Shown here piece after piece: positions 37,966 to 51,442 of a DNA stretch of 64,000 nt; the first letter of the stretch is position 1; the number at the start of each line of letters is the position of its first letter. The position numbers and the translations under genes are program-made. The notes beneath the pieces were generated by a model, which was not told the origin of the DNA, made no database searches, and saw only the letters and a program-made list of their open reading frames with translations. Origin of the DNA: Amoeboaphelidium protococcarum X5 (lineage: Eukaryota; Fungi; Aphelidiomycota); assembly GCA_023515725.1 (NCBI GenBank), contig JALDTO010000142.1:62001-126000 (forward strand), given 5' to 3'.

Positions 37966-40307
37966 TCATTGTTTAGGAAGGGCAATCTTGCAATCGTGAC
38001 GACCACTATACTTTCCAACTATATCATTCTTGACACTGCGCACGTATATTCCCAGCTCAGAACCTTCTTTATAATACGGATGCTCGAGCATAATCTTATT
38101 AGTGTCAGTAAAGAACTCTTTATACGCCAGATGTTCCCAGATGGAGTATTTATCAGGCTTGATGCCATTCCATGGCTCTGCCCACTCAACCAGCACGCCT
38201 TTAACATAAGACCCGGAGTATACAAGTGAGCATGTGATTGAATTCTCATTAATTATGGATGGCAACACCGACGAGTCAACTCGGAACTGATTCAAGTTCA
38301 TATTCTTCCCCTCTTCTAACCCCTCCTGAATAAGAGCTATGACTTCCTACACCTCAACTTTGGTGTCTTGATATATTCTGAAAAGCCAGTACGGATCTGT
38401 ACAGCAGACATGAGGTGGCACCGTGAGAGTCTCTTCAATCTTTCGGCGCTCGTCATCACTCAAATGCACGAGACCACCATGATACATATCACGATCCGGG
38501 TGAGGAATATTATTCTCCTTGTGGGTGTTCTTCCATGGACGATAGACCAAATTCATTCCTTTTAGCCCCGCCAGAGTCTTATAAGGAGTGTATCCTTCAG
38601 GTGGAACGGCATAAGGGTATAGTTCAATTAGCACTGAACGTCTCGGCATGAATAAAGACATTATCAGAACACTGCCATGCATTCCAACTGCCACCTTGGT
38701 TCTTCTCAATATCTCAATCTACTGTTTGAACGTCAGATCCTCCATTCTTATGAATTAAGGCTTCAGTTAAAACTTGGTGGCAATTCCATTGAGCAAGTCG
38801 TCCTCATTCAGTATTAAACGATTCTACCTTCTAGAAAATACCACAGCTACATCAGCCACAGGTTCTGCAACGTCAAATTCAGGCTTCAATATATCCAGTT
38901 TATACGCAATGTAATCAGCAAAGTCGCGAACATAATACCCATTCACCTGCTTGTCTTTGATAGGACCTTGAGGTGAAAGAAATCCATACTAATACCAATT
39001 CAAAGCCTTACTCTATCCAACAATGGCATCATTGAATACAGTGATCACATCTTTATCTTATGACAGAGAAGACTTGTACTGAGCCGGGTAATCAGTGAAA
39101 AGATTAAAGACGTGTCCGTACTCATAAGCCTCATGCCCATCTGTTAAATATACCAAATGATCAGTTGAGAATTGAGCAAACTATGGCTTATCTGTGGCAG
39201 TAAAATCGTCTTCAGTATTAGCAAAGCGGCGAATATTGTAATACAGGCCAAGTGCATCATCGTGTAGAGAGTGCATAATATTACCAACGTGAAATCTGCT
39301 TATCAAAAATGACTTCTTCTCCACTACATTCACCAACACGTCTTTAAACTTATCCTGAGTAGCTTCATCATAATTGAAATAAAAATACGAGTGATCATCA
39401 ATACTCGTCATGTCAACCAGAGCCGGAGATCGATCTTTGGGCACGTTATCAAGAACTGAATGCTCCGTGATGACCACGAAATATAAATCCATCTTGGGAT
39501 GATAGTATAGATTCTTGAAGCGACATACTCGATCATATTTCTTCTCTCCAAAGCACCAAATAGAAGATTCTGGCAACTTGGGATATACTTTCTTGTATAT
39601 TCCATTGACCCCGTTGCCTGTATCACTGTTTTATTCTGCTGAAGTCTTTTTCCCATTCAGTGCAGAATTAGCTACATATACAAAGTCACCATGAGGGAGT
39701 TCATATATATTTGTTAGATAACTGAATAGCATTAATAGTCATACCTTGAATAGTCTTCAAACTCTCCTCCAATTTGGCGCGTAAGGACTTTTCAGATCCC
39801 AATTGATTTTTAAGATCGCTTATAAGAACATCTTTAACCAACAAGTCCTAGTTCAACTCCCCTACAGTCTGCGTCTACTACTTGACTTTATCAGCTACTC
39901 CTACTAAGTATTTCATGATGAAAAAATAAATCATTAACATTAAACCACTAGATTAAATAACACGTACCTTTTAGCTTCTTTACAATGTCAGCCTCATCAG
40001 GCGATAGAGTGGAGCCGTCGTTATGAGAGGTGAAATCTCTGTCGAGTTTCTGGTCAAGCCGGTCGTATGATTTCAAGCCATTATTATTCACATCACTACG
40101 TTGACCAGCTTTCAGTGAGGTATAAAATATCAAAGGCAGAGACGCATAAAGGGCTATAAATGCTAGCAATACCACCACTAAAATATTCCATCGAGAGAAT
40201 ATCAGTTTAATCAAAGGAGACCTGAGTGGGGATTTGTGCTTTGAGTTATTATATGCATTGTTGCCACGAACACCACTTTTGTACAGAGGAAGAGAGGTAT
40301 TCATCAT
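37966..40307 (-). CDS. POMGNT2: GT61 glycosyltransferase, POMGNT2 (GTDC2)-like, with C-terminal FN3-like domain; 2 introns (39901-39967, 39672-39744)
   Basis: Type II TM anchor; RVCRFKNLYY, GNIMHSLHDD, VGMHGS..MSLFMP...LIELYPYAVPPEGYTPYKTLA.L.GM.L.Y..W.N...EN...HPDR....GGL.HL...VPPHVCCTDPYWLFRIYQDTKV; VEWAEPWN. Confidence 0.88.
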
Positions 40308-40857
40308 GTGTCAACTATATATTTTGCTCTAGATGGTTTATAATTACTAAGATAATACAGAAGCACCTGGATGGCAGTGATATCAGTTAATACTTTTACT
40401 ATTAGAAGACCACTAATAAAGAGTTTCAAAAATATACAGCAAAGTTAAGCGTTACTAAGCAGCGAGTAAGCGGCGGTTGAATTATAGCCAGGCCGATCCA
40501 AAAAAATGTTGAAACAACAAATTGAATCTTTCTTTAGGCGCGTTATTCAAAAGAGATCGTCGATGAGTGACACTATCCAGTCATTGACTAACTCGGTAGA
40601 TTGACGTCAAGCAGTAGATGAGATCACACAAGCAATGCTTGTTAATTAATCTCAGTATCCAATCACCTAAAAGCTTGGCGATTTTCTTGCTCTTTGCAGA
40701 TCTAAACGGAAATTTTTAAATCGTGGCTTCTGTCTGATTACTTCTTTTAGATGAGGGCCTTCGAGAACTATAAAATATTATGGATTGAATGACACAAAAT
40801 GGCAATAATTCAATTCATAATCATCAATTAATTATACTCAATTTCAAACTAGAAAAT

Positions 40858-41985
40858 TCACACATCAACGTAAGCATCGAAAACACTCAGAGCCAGACCG
40901 AACGCATCAATAGGACAGAATGGATAGAGAATGTCCAGAGCGAACGAGTTTTCATCAATCTTGCCAAACTGTAAAATCAGCGGCTGAGATTCCAGAGTCA
41001 CGTCGACTATTTAAAAGTTCTTAATAGAGGACATCAACACTCTGCCTCCGAAATCTAGATTCAACTGTTTACTTCTCTCATCAATATTGGGCTTCTTGCT
41101 CTTATACACCACTAGCTTGTTGGTTCCACCCGCTTCGAAATCTTTAGCAATATCTTCAGTGAATGGCTCACTAGTACCACTCAGGTCATCTAAAACCAAT
41201 TTACTTCTCAATCCAATATTGATAGCCTTCGGTAGCTTCTTCTGATACGACACAAATGCCATAGCAGGTAGAGGCTTCTTTGCTTCAGTCAATTTAACAA
41301 TGTTTCTAGTGTCATAAACGGTAAATTGATGACAGAGTTTATCGCTAACAATCTTTGCGACAAAGGTATTCTGAATAGGATCCTCATTAGTACCTTTACC
41401 TACAATACCATTCATATCGGAGCCAACAAAGAATGTAGAAGGTGAGGAGCTGACATGAGCAGCATACAAAAACACTTTATCATCAGTCTCATTAGTCAGC
41501 GTGTACAACTTCTTGGACTTTCGGATCAGTTTACACTTCAAAATACTGCCAGGCGGTATGCGAGAGAAGAGCTCGAATGTACCGGACATTGCTTTACTAA
41601 ATTTCAGTGGATTAGCTATATTCTTCAGCACATTATTAGCCGCCAAAAGTTTCTGGGTGGATTGTGAAGCTATACCACCTTGGCTTATAGTGCTGGATCG
41701 CTGACCCTTCACAGGAGGAGGGACATAATTATCACCATCCTGAGGCATATATGACAGATGCTTAAGCAGAGGATGTGCACATTTGACTGGAATTCCAGGC
41801 TTCAGAAGAATTTACACTGGCTCAGTCTACTTCTCATACTCGGCAGGGGAGCGCAGAATCACCGATGACGACGGTCTAGATAAACTATCAGTCTTGATTT
41901 GTTATTGAAAAGGATTATCCTTTAACTTTCGAGGTGTTCCCGGAGTTCCAGACAGTAAAGGACTACTATTTTCAACTGAAGTCAT
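40858..41985 (-). CDS. Tubby-domain protein (375 aa)
   Basis: PPGSILKCKLIR, LNLDFGGRVLMSSIKNFQIV, ILQFGKIDENSFALDILYPFCPIDAFGLALSVFD. Confidence 0.92.
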
Positions 41986-42331
41986 TTTTGTTGCACAAAA
42001 TATAGCGGATCGTCCTACTAGTGAGGATTGCTGATGAAACAAAAAAAGAACAGAAGAGAAAAATTGTGAAACGATTTGTTTCAGGAGAGAGAGACACTTG
42101 ATTATTAAGAGGAGGCGAAGTCGCTGAAGAGTGCGGTGCTGTGTAGAGATAATTAATGGGAAGACGAGACACAGCGAGATCACAAAAACTAAAGCTGGTC
42201 CCTTCAAGTAGCAAAGGATGAAGATTCCAAACAACAGATACTACATTGAAGAATAAAATCATATTCCAAATTAAAAACTATAGACTCTCGAAGGGATAGC
42301 TGACATGATAATATCAATGCGACCTCGGGGA

Positions 42332-43457
42332 TCACTTGTGAAATATTTTCCCAAACAGACCGCGAATGCCCTTATTCGAGTTTTTTCTATTTCCAGCAGC
42401 TTGAGGTTCTATTCCAGAAAGAGCAGGGGATTTCTGAGCATCTTCCACCTCTTTACCGGGATTTCTGCCCATCGACGATTAGTTAGAGGTGACCTGCTAT
42501 TCCTATGTAACAGTATCCTACTAACTTTCGGTTATCTTTTGCAATGCTGGTGCGTCCACTGCCCGCTTTGATACCACCGTATTTTAGTCATTATTCTTAC
42601 CATCAGACACACCATTTGACGCGACTCCATTCGCAGTGGCACTTTGATGAAGCGATAATTTGTTAGCGACCAGAGCCAGAGTGTGGTCTTCTGTGCTCTA
42701 ACCTGTAGTGCTAAAAGATAAAGGTGATGATACCATCTTGTCATTATCAGACACAACGCCTTCTTATCCATCTTATCCATAAGTATCAGCAGTTGGACGT
42801 TTGGCATCAGAAGTTCGACTTGCGAGAGGAGTCAATTAAAACTGAGGAGGCTCCACGACGTATGTACTATGTTTAGTCAAATCCTCTGCACTCTTTACAC
42901 GGTCCGTGATGTCGACCGGCTTTTTAGGTTTCTTGAACTGCTCAGTAACACTTAGACGCACGGGTGGTTAATCAATATCTAACAGAGCAGATCCAACACT
43001 GACCACACTAGATTAAGTCGATAGATGTGTGCTCATTCGCTTACGCTCCACCTGCCGTCTTTCCAGCGTATCGGATGGTTTTCTCGTTCGTCGTGACAGC
43101 GTGTTCATATTTTCAGCATTTCTCGCTATATCCGCATCACTCCCTGATGCATCTGCAGTGCTCTATCCAATGTCGCCAAATTCCTTTAATCTATTCTTCA
43201 TCTTGCTATATGATGCATATTTCCTACTTATATTTCTGTCTTACACGATATCATCTTTTGCCGGCTTCCTGCCGTGTTGCGCTAGAAATTCCGACTCGTA
43301 TTTCTTCAATTCACTTCTCAGTGCCTTTATTTAGGACTTGAGCTCCAAGCTGTTCATGCTCACTACACCCAGATAAAATAGAAGTGGCAAATGTAAATCA
43401 ATGGCAAATAAAGAAAGTCTTACTGAAATCTGATGTGCTCACACTATTCGATGCCAT
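42332..43457 (-). CDS. Protein with Sld2/Drc1 (RecQL4-N)-like N-terminal domain and a disordered tail; probable intron 43363-43423
   Basis: IKALRSELKKYESEFLAQHGRKPAKDDIVQDRNISRKYASYSKMK matches the Sld2 pattern LK.WE..F....GR.P...DI.......Y..Y..LK. An alternative start is ATG 43357. Confidence 0.65.
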
Positions 43458-43750
43458 TTTCCTATAGAATACCTTTTGAAGTTGTTTTGATTGACAGACA
43501 GATTGAGTTTGTAACAATTGTGAAAGTTGATAGGCAGGTGAGAGTGGCGAAGCTATAAAAAGATCAGTCCAAATGCAAGACACTTTGGAAGCGCCTAACA
43601 ACGACGCGACAACTATTCTAGAAATTCTATTTAGAATCATATACATTAGAAGATTATTAGCTACTTAAACCTGGTAATAGAAAGTTATTATATCACAAAA
43701 TGGCCATTAGAGTCCCGGAGAATAATACTTTACAGTGATACAGATATCAG

Positions 43751-44230
43751 TCAATCCGCATGTCGACACTTGTGGAAAAGCGGAAATCCACAAGCGATGC
43801 AGCTAATCAGGTAGCATAGCAAGACGACGACAATAATTATAACGATGAGCATCCGTTTACTCTTCCATTTCATAGATTTTTTAAGTCTAGAGCTACCAAA
43901 TTTGAAATCTTGTGAATTTTGATTCAATCCTTCAGTCTTGTTTATGAGGAGCTCTAGTTGATCATTGCGATCCATCACTTTCTCGATATTTTGGCGCATA
44001 ATATTCTTCACCTCTTCCACTTCTTAGACACTCTCATATATTTTGTCATTATTAATTTGCTATAATAAGGATTCAGATTCCTCAATATTTGACTCCCTTG
44101 TGCTCATTTGTATATTGCAGTACAAACCTGTTGATATATTTTGTCACCACCATCTGTAAAATCAAGGAGTTCAAAATACGCGAAGATGACGTTCATTTAC
44201 TCGCGGGTGCCAGTCACTATCAAACGAGTG
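43751..44230 (-). CDS. R-SNARE synaptobrevin/VAMP7-like (5' exons not resolved)
   Basis: NDKIYESVQEVEEVKNIMRQNIEKVMDRNDQLELLINKTEGLNQNSQDFK...MKWKSKRM, then TM and CGFPLFHKC (VAMP7-type tail). The upstream part needs introns. Confidence 0.8.
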
Positions 44231-45687
44231 CTATAATAATGTCATTTATATTAAGATTAAAGTTTTCCATTACATTTTAACCTTGGCCATAATATTCAAT
44301 ACAGAATAACTAACTTTACACGAGTCAATAATCTCTAACAGGGACTTTGATATCAGCCATGTTTTGTACTTCTTTTCTGTGGTAACAATTTCATCCTTGT
44401 TCAGTGGCGTAACTACATTACGCTTTAGTACGCGCCAGCGTACTAAAAATTATTGAGAAAAGACAGCTGTTATGAAATGATAGGGAATACAGCGGCTGGT
44501 ACGCTTGGCAATTCAAAAATGATCTGAGATCTTCTAAATACTGTAAGCGTATCAACTATATAATCAAAAGTGGATAAATCAAGATGAAGCGAAACTATTA
44601 CAATTGCAGCCCTTTTACTATATAGTAATCTCCCCCTGATAACATACTCCATCTTCAGCAACTTCTCATTTAGTTATAATATGCAGACTACAGTATCTAA
44701 CTGAGCCTATCTTGTTGAATTAGAAACGCCACAAAGCACTTATCGCATCGTTATGGTTCACAAAGTAAACTGCAGTTACAGCCCATGTATGTCAAAGTGG
44801 GATGAAATAGCTCATTCAACAACAAAAAATCCCATCTTCCGTATACAATTTTTCAGCTGCTTTAGAAGGAGCTTGCCCGGGTTTGACGTTAGTTTCGATT
44901 CCAACATTTACATTTGCTTCTTGCACTTCACATTTTCCAAAAGATACAGAGATTACACAAGAAGAATTAAGTTTCACTCAACCTGTAGTAGTCTGAAGTT
45001 ACAGTATTATGCTGAGTTTCTGCTTAATCATCGACAATTTCTCTATAGACTGAACGTGGTTGAAACAACAGGTGCCTGATCATGAGCAAAAATGAAGCGA
45101 GCGAAAGCGAGCAGCCTTTTTGCGAAAAAAATTTTACCACTACTTTTTCAGCGTACTTACTTTCAAAAGCTAGTTACGCCACTGTCCTTGTTTAATTGCT
45201 AACTTGTGAAGGCCAAGGCTGATTGTATCTTAATTTAAGCTAGTATGCTAAGTCGAACCACTCATATAGCCTTAAAATTTGATGAGCGAGGTGAAACAAT
45301 CTACTATAGACTACAACTACTGGAGCAGATCAGTGATCTCCAGCATATACAGTAAAAGGCGGCTGTAAAGGCTACTTGAAACAATTTAGCAGATTCTGGA
45401 GGTAAAACAATATGGAAGAGATTTGGCTAAACGCGTATCTAAATAATTCAAATTTAGGATGACTTTTCAGGAGTTAATTTTATCTAACTAGAACCTCTCT
45501 GTAAATTGTGGCAATAGCATACTGTAAATGATCTTAGAATGAAGAAATAGGCTTGTTGTGAAATTAACAAAGTTGTCTTTTGCTTTCCAAATATATCTAC
45601 GTCATTATCGCTGGCTTAGAACATTATGAAGCACGGTGAAACGAGTCATTCCATTTCTCTTCTTGACTCGCGTTTTATGACAGGAAA

Positions 45688-46320
45688 ATGACATCATTAT
45701 TTGGCATAATCAGAGAAGAGACTCCGAAGTTTAGTATACTAAAGAAGGCTGTTGGTTATGAAATTAGAGAGTATGAGCCTCAAATAAGAGCTGAGGTTGA
45801 GTATGATAGTAAATCATTGGTCTCTGGGCAAGGATTCCGTTCATTAGCGGGCTTCATTTTTGGAGACAATGTCAAGAAGGAGTCCATATCCATGACTTCG
45901 CCTGTGATCACATCACAGCAGGCTACTACTCAATCTGATAAAGGTTTTAACGAAAAGATTAGTATGACTGCTCCGGTACAAACTGTAAAAACTGATGGCG
46001 ATAAAGTGAAAATGGCCTTTGTTCTGCCGTCAAAGTACACTGACGTGTCACAGTTGCCGACGCCCAAGAATGATCAAGTCAAGCTTTGTCAAGTGCCCAA
46101 GTAAACGTTTGCCGTCGCCCAGTTCAGCTGGAGTGCTTCTGACGAGACTGTGAAAAGTGAAGAAGAAAAATTGCGACAGAGCCTATCTAATGATTCTGAC
46201 GTGTCTATCCCGCCCAATGCTCACGTGCTTCTAGCGCGCTACAATCCACCATGGACACTTGCATTCCTGCGCACTAATGAAATTTTGCTTCCAGTGACAT
46301 TCAAGTCCGGTAGCGAATGA
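45688..46320 (+). CDS. SOUL heme-binding family protein
   Basis: EETPKFSIL, YEIREY, GFRSLAGFIFGDN, ISMTAPV, MAFVLPSKY, ARYNPPWTLAFLRTNEI. Confidence 0.95.
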
Positions 46321-46576
46321 AAAGATATTATATCCATAGTTCTTAACTATATTTTATAAGTTGAAATAAAATTTTTGTTTGTCTGAAGTGGATGCTTTCA
46401 ACCTTTTAGTCGTGAGTCTTGATCAGTAAAGGTTCCGTTTTAAGACCTTTGTCCTTCTCGTGAGAAACCGGCTCTTTATGTAAGAACTCTTTCTAAATCT
46501 CAGGGCATTTCCTCTCTTGTTTCATTCATTGCATTTTATTTACTCTCTCGTTAACATTCAATAATAATCGATAATC

Positions 46577-48580
46577 ATGGTGCTGGTCAAGTTTTAGAAG
46601 ATTTAATCTGAATTCAAAATTGATTTTTGGACCAGTTTGAGCAATCACAAGCTTAATGATTTAAAACTTAATGATGAAGTGATTCCTATAAGTGCCTAAA
46701 TATCTGGTAATGCTGCCATATTTGACCATACCAGTCTCAATAATAGTAGTGTGGAGTAAGTAGAGAATATTAGTGGGGAAAGTACATAGAATTCCCTGAC
46801 TTTTGCATAGGCAGTTGGTGTCTGTAAGAATCTCAATACACTGAAAGAATTTAATGAATTTAACAAGTAGAAATTTCTACTTGAATATGTTGCCTCCATC
46901 TATAACGAAATGTTTGCCTCAAAGTAATAGAATTAAAGTTTCTTTTAATACCCATGTCGCATCCTCATGGTGTCGTTTGCAGATGTTAAAAAGTACAAGT
47001 TTTATTACTTTGTTGCGTATCCTGTAGTACTGTTCGATGTCAATTATCTGCCGTCAGTCTCTAATATTGAACACTAATCACAAGAACTTGCATCTTTATA
47101 CCCTCTATTTGACGAGTATCTACATGAGTAGTCGGCCAATGTTTGCTTCTATGATGAAGTTGGAAATAATTTGATTTAAGCAAGTCACGGGTGGTAGAAT
47201 GGATTTAGTATTGTTGTAAAGTAGAGATCTCATAATATCAGTTCTACTATTACAGATAATCAGTTGGAATTGAGCTGGTAGTTGCGAAATTTCGTTACGT
47301 ATCTTCAAGTGCGATGTAAGTAGGAATAAGTTAAAATCTATGTATGGAACGATCAACCTTAAAAATGCACATGTTACCATGTAAATTTACCTTTGCTTAG
47401 TGGTGATAACAGTCAGTCATACAAGGCAATAGGATGGGAGAAGGCATAAGTTAGCACAATCGATATCTCTGATAGTATTGATCCATCATTGTTGTGTAAT
47501 CAATCTATTGATCTGAATTTGCGACTTATGAAATGGAGAATGGTTCAACAGCTAGATTTGGATACGATTGCAAAGTAGAAGGTGTTAGTGCTAGGAATGG
47601 GTACTCTCGGGTGCAATGTGGTTCGCACATTGATCGGATGGAATGTGACAGACTTTATTATTGTGGATAATGGCAAAGTGTCTTATAGCAATCTTCCACG
47701 TTAGCCTCTGTATACTTTTGCAGATTATGGAAAGAATAAGGTGGAAGCTGCCAAAACTAATCTTCTTGCTATCAATCCTTCGTATAAAATCAGATCTGAA
47801 CTGCTTACGATTCCATGCCCAGGACATTATGATCAGTTACGCGATCGGCTTCCATTAAGTGAGTAGAGTTTACAGGATAAGGATATCACGTAACTTTATA
47901 GAGATCTTGATCGATTAGAGAATCTGATTAAAGAAAGTGATGTCATTTTCCTGCTAACTGACTCGAGAGAAAGTCGATATATTCCCACATTGCTGGCAAA
48001 AAATCATAATAAGCTGTGTATAAATGCTGCACTTGGATTTGATTCTTATCTGATTATGAGGCATGGTCTTAGAGGTTCGAATCTGGGATGTTATTTCTGC
48101 AACGATGTAGTGGGACCATCCAATTCCATGACTGCTCGCTCACTAGACCAAGAGTGCACAGTGACACGTCCTGCTTTAGCTCCAATGTGTTCAGCTTAAG
48201 CAGTGGAGTTGTTTATATCGCTGCTCTAGTAGCAAAAGTAGTAACAATAGCCAGTTGGTTCAAGTGAACACCGAGTTGTGGGCCTTAATGAGGAGATTCA
48301 CGGATCGGAGTTGGGTATTCTGCCTCACACTGTGAGATATTACCTGCGTTACGGACAAGCTGTATTTCTAGATGGTCGATCTTACGATAAATGTACAGCG
48401 TGTAGTTTGAAGGTGATTGAAGCTTACCAGTAGAGTGGCATTTAGTTCCTTATATCTGTACTGATTAATCCTAAATTGGCCGAAAAAGTTTCAGAGTTGA
48501 CAGCTCTTCATGATCAAGTTGAGCAGATGAATATGGCCGAATGGACTGAAGGAGAAGAATCTGACACGGATGATTAATGA
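46577..48580 (+). CDS. ATG7: Autophagy E1-like enzyme Atg7 (667 aa)
   Basis: [87 protein letters not shown]. Confidence 0.96.
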
Positions 48581-48912
48581 TAATTTTTAACATAATCTTG
48601 ATGTATTATACAATTCACCTACTGTTGTTGACCTTGTATGATATTTAATCATAGTTATCCACGTTATTGATAAAACATTTACTAAAATACGCGTCTCAAC
48701 AATACAACTACTATAAATTAAGCTGTTTTACGAAAGTAATGAATAGCTTAATACAGCTGCGTTAGAAATCTCCATAGCATCCAATTGAATTAATGTAGAT
48801 GAAATTTGGGCTTAGATCGTAAATCAGGGGCAATAGGGAGCCCATTTGTTGAACAATTGATAATTTTTTTTTCAATTGATTTAAACCCATATTGTATATC
48901 TTGATACTCGTA

Positions 48913-50214
48913 ATGAATTTCATATCGCTACGTCTAGTATTAGTATCAGTGCTGCAATATGTGGTGAGCGCGAGAATTGTCACCTTGCGCCACATGGAAT
49001 TGTGTCTTCATCTTGAAGGTACGTAGATTGATGTGAACTCTCAATTATTTGAGGAAGCCGCTGCACAGTCCAGGGATATCTCCACTTATTTAGACCATAA
49101 GGCATATCACCTTTATTAATAGTACAATGGCCTAAAAATCAGTAAATGCGTTAATAGTTTTAAAGGCGTGACTAATGTGTTTCATCAAGCGTGTCCCAAA
49201 AAATCTGAAATTAGGAGGTTGGCGTGTTATCAAACTATAAATTCAGCTGGCTCTAGCATCGTCTCTATAGATGCTTCGCGCTACTTTCCCTAGATACCGT
49301 TTGAGTCTAATCAGATATTGTTGCAATAACGCAAGGACTAGTGCACCATAGGTTACAATCTTCTCGTTCACTATGATATCGCATCTGTCAAGCGTTTGGT
49401 TAAAGTCTTGACAACTCCGACTACTCTATTTGTGATTCATGTTGATGAAAAGAATCAAATAATGTTTCAAGAGCTACAGTCTTATTATGCCAATGATTAG
49501 AATATCTTTGTCATATCTGTGCAGGATGTTCGTTGGGGCCATTCTTCTATTGTGATGGCATAGCACGCGGGGTATTTCATGCTCCAAGATGCAGGACCGT
49601 GCGAGTTCTACATCAATCTTAGCGGTGATTCTTATCCATTGGTAGCTAATGAGTAGATAATATCCAGACTCCGCTGGAATAGAGGCACATCTTGGTTCAG
49701 ACAATGGACCTTTGCAGATGACAAATGGACGCGCCTCAAAGGACCTCATACGTTATCCTCTGAAGATGGCGATTTCGCCGGCTATCTTCCCCAAGCTCCG
49801 TGGATGTCATATCAATCCCGCGGTCTGGTGCCGTGGAAAGCTGATCAGTGGTAGATTTTATCCAATAGTTTTGTTAGGATGATGCGTAATTCGCAAGAGG
49901 CGATAATTTAACTGGCATAGATGGAGTTTATGCTGATACCAGATGAAGTGTATTATCCAACGATATCTGGGCTTATGCCTTCTGACAAGGTACTGCGCAC
50001 CCACTTTATGTACACAGATTTTGGTCTCTTCCCCACGCGTCCAAGAACCTTTCAAGATGATGAGACTTAGTTGCTGGACTATTTGGTAAACAAAAGATAC
50101 ATGTTCATACGCAAACTGGGTAGCAACTCTGCGCTAAAGGATTATATTGATGGCAAGATTTAAGCGTCTTACACAGGATATCAATTAGAATTACTCTCAC
50201 GTGAAGTTGATTGA
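48913..50214 (+). CDS. GT14 core-2/I-branching/xylosyltransferase-family glycosyltransferase (433 aa)
   Basis: Signal-like N-terminus; IGYNLLVH..VKRLV, FVIHVD, VRWGHSSIV, FYINLSGDSYPL, KADQWQIL, LIPDEVYYPT. Confidence 0.85.
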
Positions 50215-50499
50215 AGTGAGTACGATGACTTTATAATTGGTGGTTTGGGAGGTTGATGACTTTGTAGTTTATTGAATTAAAAAGTAGATAATAGACAATG
50301 TTTTAAATTTGAACTCAACTTAAATTTCATTTATATTTCCCACTCCACAGGCCTCCTTCTTCAATTATAGATCGCTAACAATCGTCCTCAACGATCTCCC
50401 GTTTCTTGTGAAATTAAGTGCAGAATTTGATAGTTAAATTCCATGTAAATATTCTTCAGTATTTTGGTGATCATGTTTATATGATCTTTCATTTTAGAT

Positions 50500-51105
50500 T
50501 CAGTTCAGAACGATAGAGGAGCCAATAGCTTTCAACAGCTTTTTGCGTTTGCTCGGCTGCAACTCGCGTGGGTAATGACGTTGTTGGTACAAGTCCAAAT
50601 AGGCATCCAGCTGATCATCAGTCAATGCAACCAAATCATTCACTGAGTTCAATTCTGGTAATTGATCATTGGCTTGACGAGGCATCTGGCCATTAGGAGT
50701 TGGAACTTCTTCCCAAGGATCAGTCACTCCATCTCCACAAGATTTGTTATGCAACTTGCGTTGTCCGATAAGCAGTTGTTTCAGGAGATCCACGGTTGGT
50801 GCATTGGCCGCAGCAAAGGCTCCAGCAAACCAATTCGGCTCTTCAGCACGTGTATTCTTCTGTTCTATGTGCTCCATACAGACTGAATTTGCTCTAATTT
50901 AAGCATGAGCAATTTCATCATTAGAGCACACTCTTTCACCAAATGTGTCTTGTACCTTGAGACGTCTGTTGACATCTTTCACAGAGCGCGCAACATGAGC
51001 GATGTCCTTGATATCACCTTCATTAATTGCAGCATCTCTGTTCATATCAGTATTTTCGTCAGGCACAGCATTCAAACGCGGATAATTGTTGCGATAACGA
51101 TCCAT
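50500..51105 (-). CDS. Mug135-like (DUF1773-type C-terminal domain) protein (201 aa)
   Basis: PNWFAGA...HNKSCGDGVTDPWEEVPTPNGQMP....LPELNSVNDLVALTDDQLDAYLDLY...RKKLLKAIG. Confidence 0.7.
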
Positions 51106-51442
51106 AAAATGATTAAATGGACTATAAATTATGTTGATTAGAGTTTGGAGGAGAAGAAAGTGTGAAACGATTGCTGTACTGTAATAATTAGAACTTCGCT
51201 GTTTCAAACTTTGATGATAAGTCACGATCGATTCCTTACTGCAATAAAGATGGCACTCGGGATGCTACAATAGTATTATGGTACATTACGCTGCAGAATA
51301 TAATTAAAAATTGACTTGTTATCCCAAGAGGTCACCTTAAGATTTAGTAAAAGATGAAACGCGTCCTAAATCTGACTTTGAAGTTTAACCAAGTCGAAGC
51401 TAATAAAACATCATGACAAAATATCAACAACAGTTATAATGC

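Noticed and set aside
41902-42262. Hydrophobic ORFs upstream of Tubby as an N-terminal extension
   Set aside because: They begin at non-ATG or weak starts in a CT-rich 5' leader like those before CSN3, Tao3 and Amo1; ATG 41985 is the more plausible start.
44400-45460. Possible small genes (track ORFs 44470-44661 and 44753-45079; a minus-strand ORF from about 45083; a plus-strand ORF near 45246)
   Set aside because: Short, no recognisable motif and no consistent splice model; part may be 5' exons of the VAMP gene.
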